A stretch of DNA of 64,000 nt from Nemertoderma westbladi. Taxonomy: Eukaryota; Animalia; Xenacoelomorpha. Location of the stretch: contig JAUCBJ010007937.1 in NCBI GenBank assembly GCA_032718475.1, forward strand, positions 1-64,000. The letters run 5' to 3'. The position numbers and the translations under genes were made by a program. Below the pieces are notes generated by a model. It saw nothing but the letters and a program-made list of their open reading frames with translations, did no database searches and was not told where the DNA came from. Position 1 is the first letter of the stretch; each line of letters begins with the position of its first letter. Shown here piece by piece: positions 61,356 to 64,000 of the stretch.

Positions 61356-64000
61356 TTATAAAATTAATATTTCATAAGTTACAGGTCGGGCAGTACAGTA
61401 GATTGTTCACATATGTCGCCACCCCTAACAACCATTTAAAAGCAAAGCAGCAGAGGCAATAAAGGGAATGGCGTGGAGGTAGTAAGCCATGGATTGATTG
61501 AGAAAAACAGATGTTTTCGGTTGGCCATGAATATCTTTCAACCAATCGCTTTATTGCATGCAACTAGGGACATATCATAAATGCTTTGCTGCTGAGGCAA
61601 TCTTTGTACAGTTTGTGTTTACATATAGTACTACAGGAAGGGAATTTATTGCTTTGACCTAAAGTATATTATATTTAAAGGTTAATGTTCTGCATGTGGT
61701 TATGTAGGCTAATTTTGAGATTAATATAATTATGCATTGTATTTTCAGTACGATAAAATGCAACAAACCTAATAAGCCTATTATTAGTAAATGTATACAA
61801 GTTGAAAAGCGAACATAAAGAGGAAATGCAACCTTTCCAAATATAAAAATGACTCATTAATATATTTCAAAATAGAACATATAATTTATTATAAACCGGG
61901 CATTTTCTCATATGACTGGCTGGATGCCACATGTTAAGCCAACATAGGTGTACCGTGAATGTACATGTAGAATTGTGTTCGAAGCAGCTACCCTACCCTG
62001 ACAAAATAACAATTATGTGCAATTCCTATTGTTGTGATTGCAAACGAATATGGAACACATACAAACACATGGTGATAATTATTTATCATATAAATAAATA
62101 GCTTTTCTTTTAAAATATTATAAAATTTAACAATTTAAAAATGTTATATGCATAATTTTCATTAAATTTTCACATTCGCAAATTTCCAGAGGGATCACAT
62201 CACATTGTCGCTAATATATTTTATTTGAAACTATAAACATTTCTTTATTATGCTCACTGTTTTCAACATAGCCAGGATATTTAGCACTTGATTATCCCAC
62301 CTACCTTTTAAAGTATACTGAGGAATAACTTATAAATAACTAAGAGCCGAAGGTGTAACAATTCTGATAATTTACTGTCGTAGTCATTATCAGACTGTTT
62401 ATCCCACAGTTGTGAGGGTGAGGCCCACTGTTGTGGTATCCCTCAATTCTAGCAGAACTCAGAAGAAAATTATCGGTTTCCGACACGAAATAAAATAGCG
62501 CGCAAATATTTAAATTCGAGGCATGGATAACATTCCAATCCTGCAATCCGAGAATCGTGGACTGGAAATTCGCGAAACCGACTCAAGACTAAAACGCTTC
62601 GTGTGAATACAATACGAACGGTTCTCTACACTTTTAGTCCGATCTCGTACCCTAATAATACACCTTTTTCCACATTTTATGCCTTATAGCTACGCTAACT
62701 GCTACACAACCTGAGAATTTTCGTTTGAGCACAATCAGGAGAAACTTCTAACTGAGATTAGTGTTTGACGTAAGTCATCCCAAGTGATTACTAGCTACGA
62801 TACGTACCTAGGTACGTGCGCCACCATGGCTGTTTCGACAATCATGAATATAAATTGCAGGAGAGATTGAGTTTTAAATGTAGCAGTAGTAATTGGTTCG
62901 TTTTGTAAGATGGGGCAGGCATGGCATGCTGGAGGGTGAGAATGTCGACGATTGGTGATACCGTTCCTCATATTTCCGAGGCTGCTAACTGCTGAGACTG
63001 GCCTTCTTATTAACCAGTCGTGTCACTTCTTTCAATAAATTAAGTTTTCTAGGATCTGCTAATGATAGGTTACATCCTGGCATCTCCAGGCATCGTGCAC
63101 TACTCTCGCATCCTATGTACGTATACTAGGTTGGCTGCTGCTACATATAGCTGAAATTTACATTATTTTCTGTGACCAATCAATCATACATAATTTATTA
63201 GCTTTGTACAACTATTTTGCTTCGAAACCCTTATTAAAAACAATATTTTATCTTGACATATAGTTAGTTTCTTCCACTGTAAATCCCCACCTATAAAATA
63301 ACAGTGAATTAATGTAATACTTTATTTTATTATTAATATTACATTCAATCACTAGTTAGTAGTTACTATGGGAACTAACCCACTAGTTGCTGTGGGAACT
63401 AACCAGAAACATAACTTCTCCCACTAGTTTTAATTATAGAAAGTATTTATACCAGTGTTGTTTAAGGAATATCAAGATAATTTAGATTGTTGCAGTTCTA
63501 GATTCAGTGCGCTTCAATTTAAAGTTACTATCAATATTCATACAACTTATACTAAATATATACTGTTGCACAATGTGCACACTAAGTCTATAAAATACTA
63601 TTACTCATATACAATAACTACCAAAATTAATAACCCATAGACACGATTGCTGGGAAATATTTTCTGAAAACTTAACTAAATTTGGTGTAATTTACACGTT
63701 ACTAATAAGTTAATTAAAATCCACCCCCCCCCCCCCTTTGGTATGATGATAGTTCGACAATTTTTCTAACTGCTGGCAGAGCCGGTTTTTTTTCATATTT
63801 ATGACCTATTTCGATTCAACAAACCGTTAAAGATCGTATATTTGGCAATATTGTGTCACCTCAGTCGGCTTTATTTTTCGTCTTTGGAATGTAATCTAGA
63901 TATTATGAGAACCACCATCATCTGCAGATTCCGAATCTGATAACCGTTTTCAATTTCATCAACAATTTCCCGAGATATTATCAAAATACTAAGGTGTAAA

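Noticed and set aside
61372-63640. Short ORFs or further host exons near the right end
   Set aside because: No convincing splice-bounded, phase-compatible frame or recognisable motif found by eye.

Overview
Eukaryotic (probably invertebrate animal) DNA. A + strand host gene of the polycystin-1/REJ family has four phase-compatible exons (11916-37451), and its introns and flanks are packed with retroelements. There are five BEL/Pao-type LTR retrotransposon insertions. Element B (12832-31441, +) is intact and very young. Element C (38681-52056, -) is nearly intact. A triple nest lies at the left edge: D inside a C-family copy (C') inside the decayed element A. Also present are RTE-type LINEs, a CRE-like non-LTR fragment, SINE-like repeats, satellites and a TIR element. 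Most notable: (1) the divergent elements B and C each carry, in the env position, an extra ORF encoding a WRN/EXD/mut-7-like DEDD 3'-5' exonuclease fused to three CCHC zinc knuckles. (2) None of the three visible 5' LTR junctions has a tRNA-type primer-binding site; in each, the 10-11 nt right after the LTR are complementary to a site inside that same LTR, suggesting self-priming. (3) Element B has TA...TA termini, a tRNA-like A/B-box module in its LTR, and 11 copies of a sense-strand hairpin motif. All calls were made by eye; no database searches were run, so novelty is unverified.
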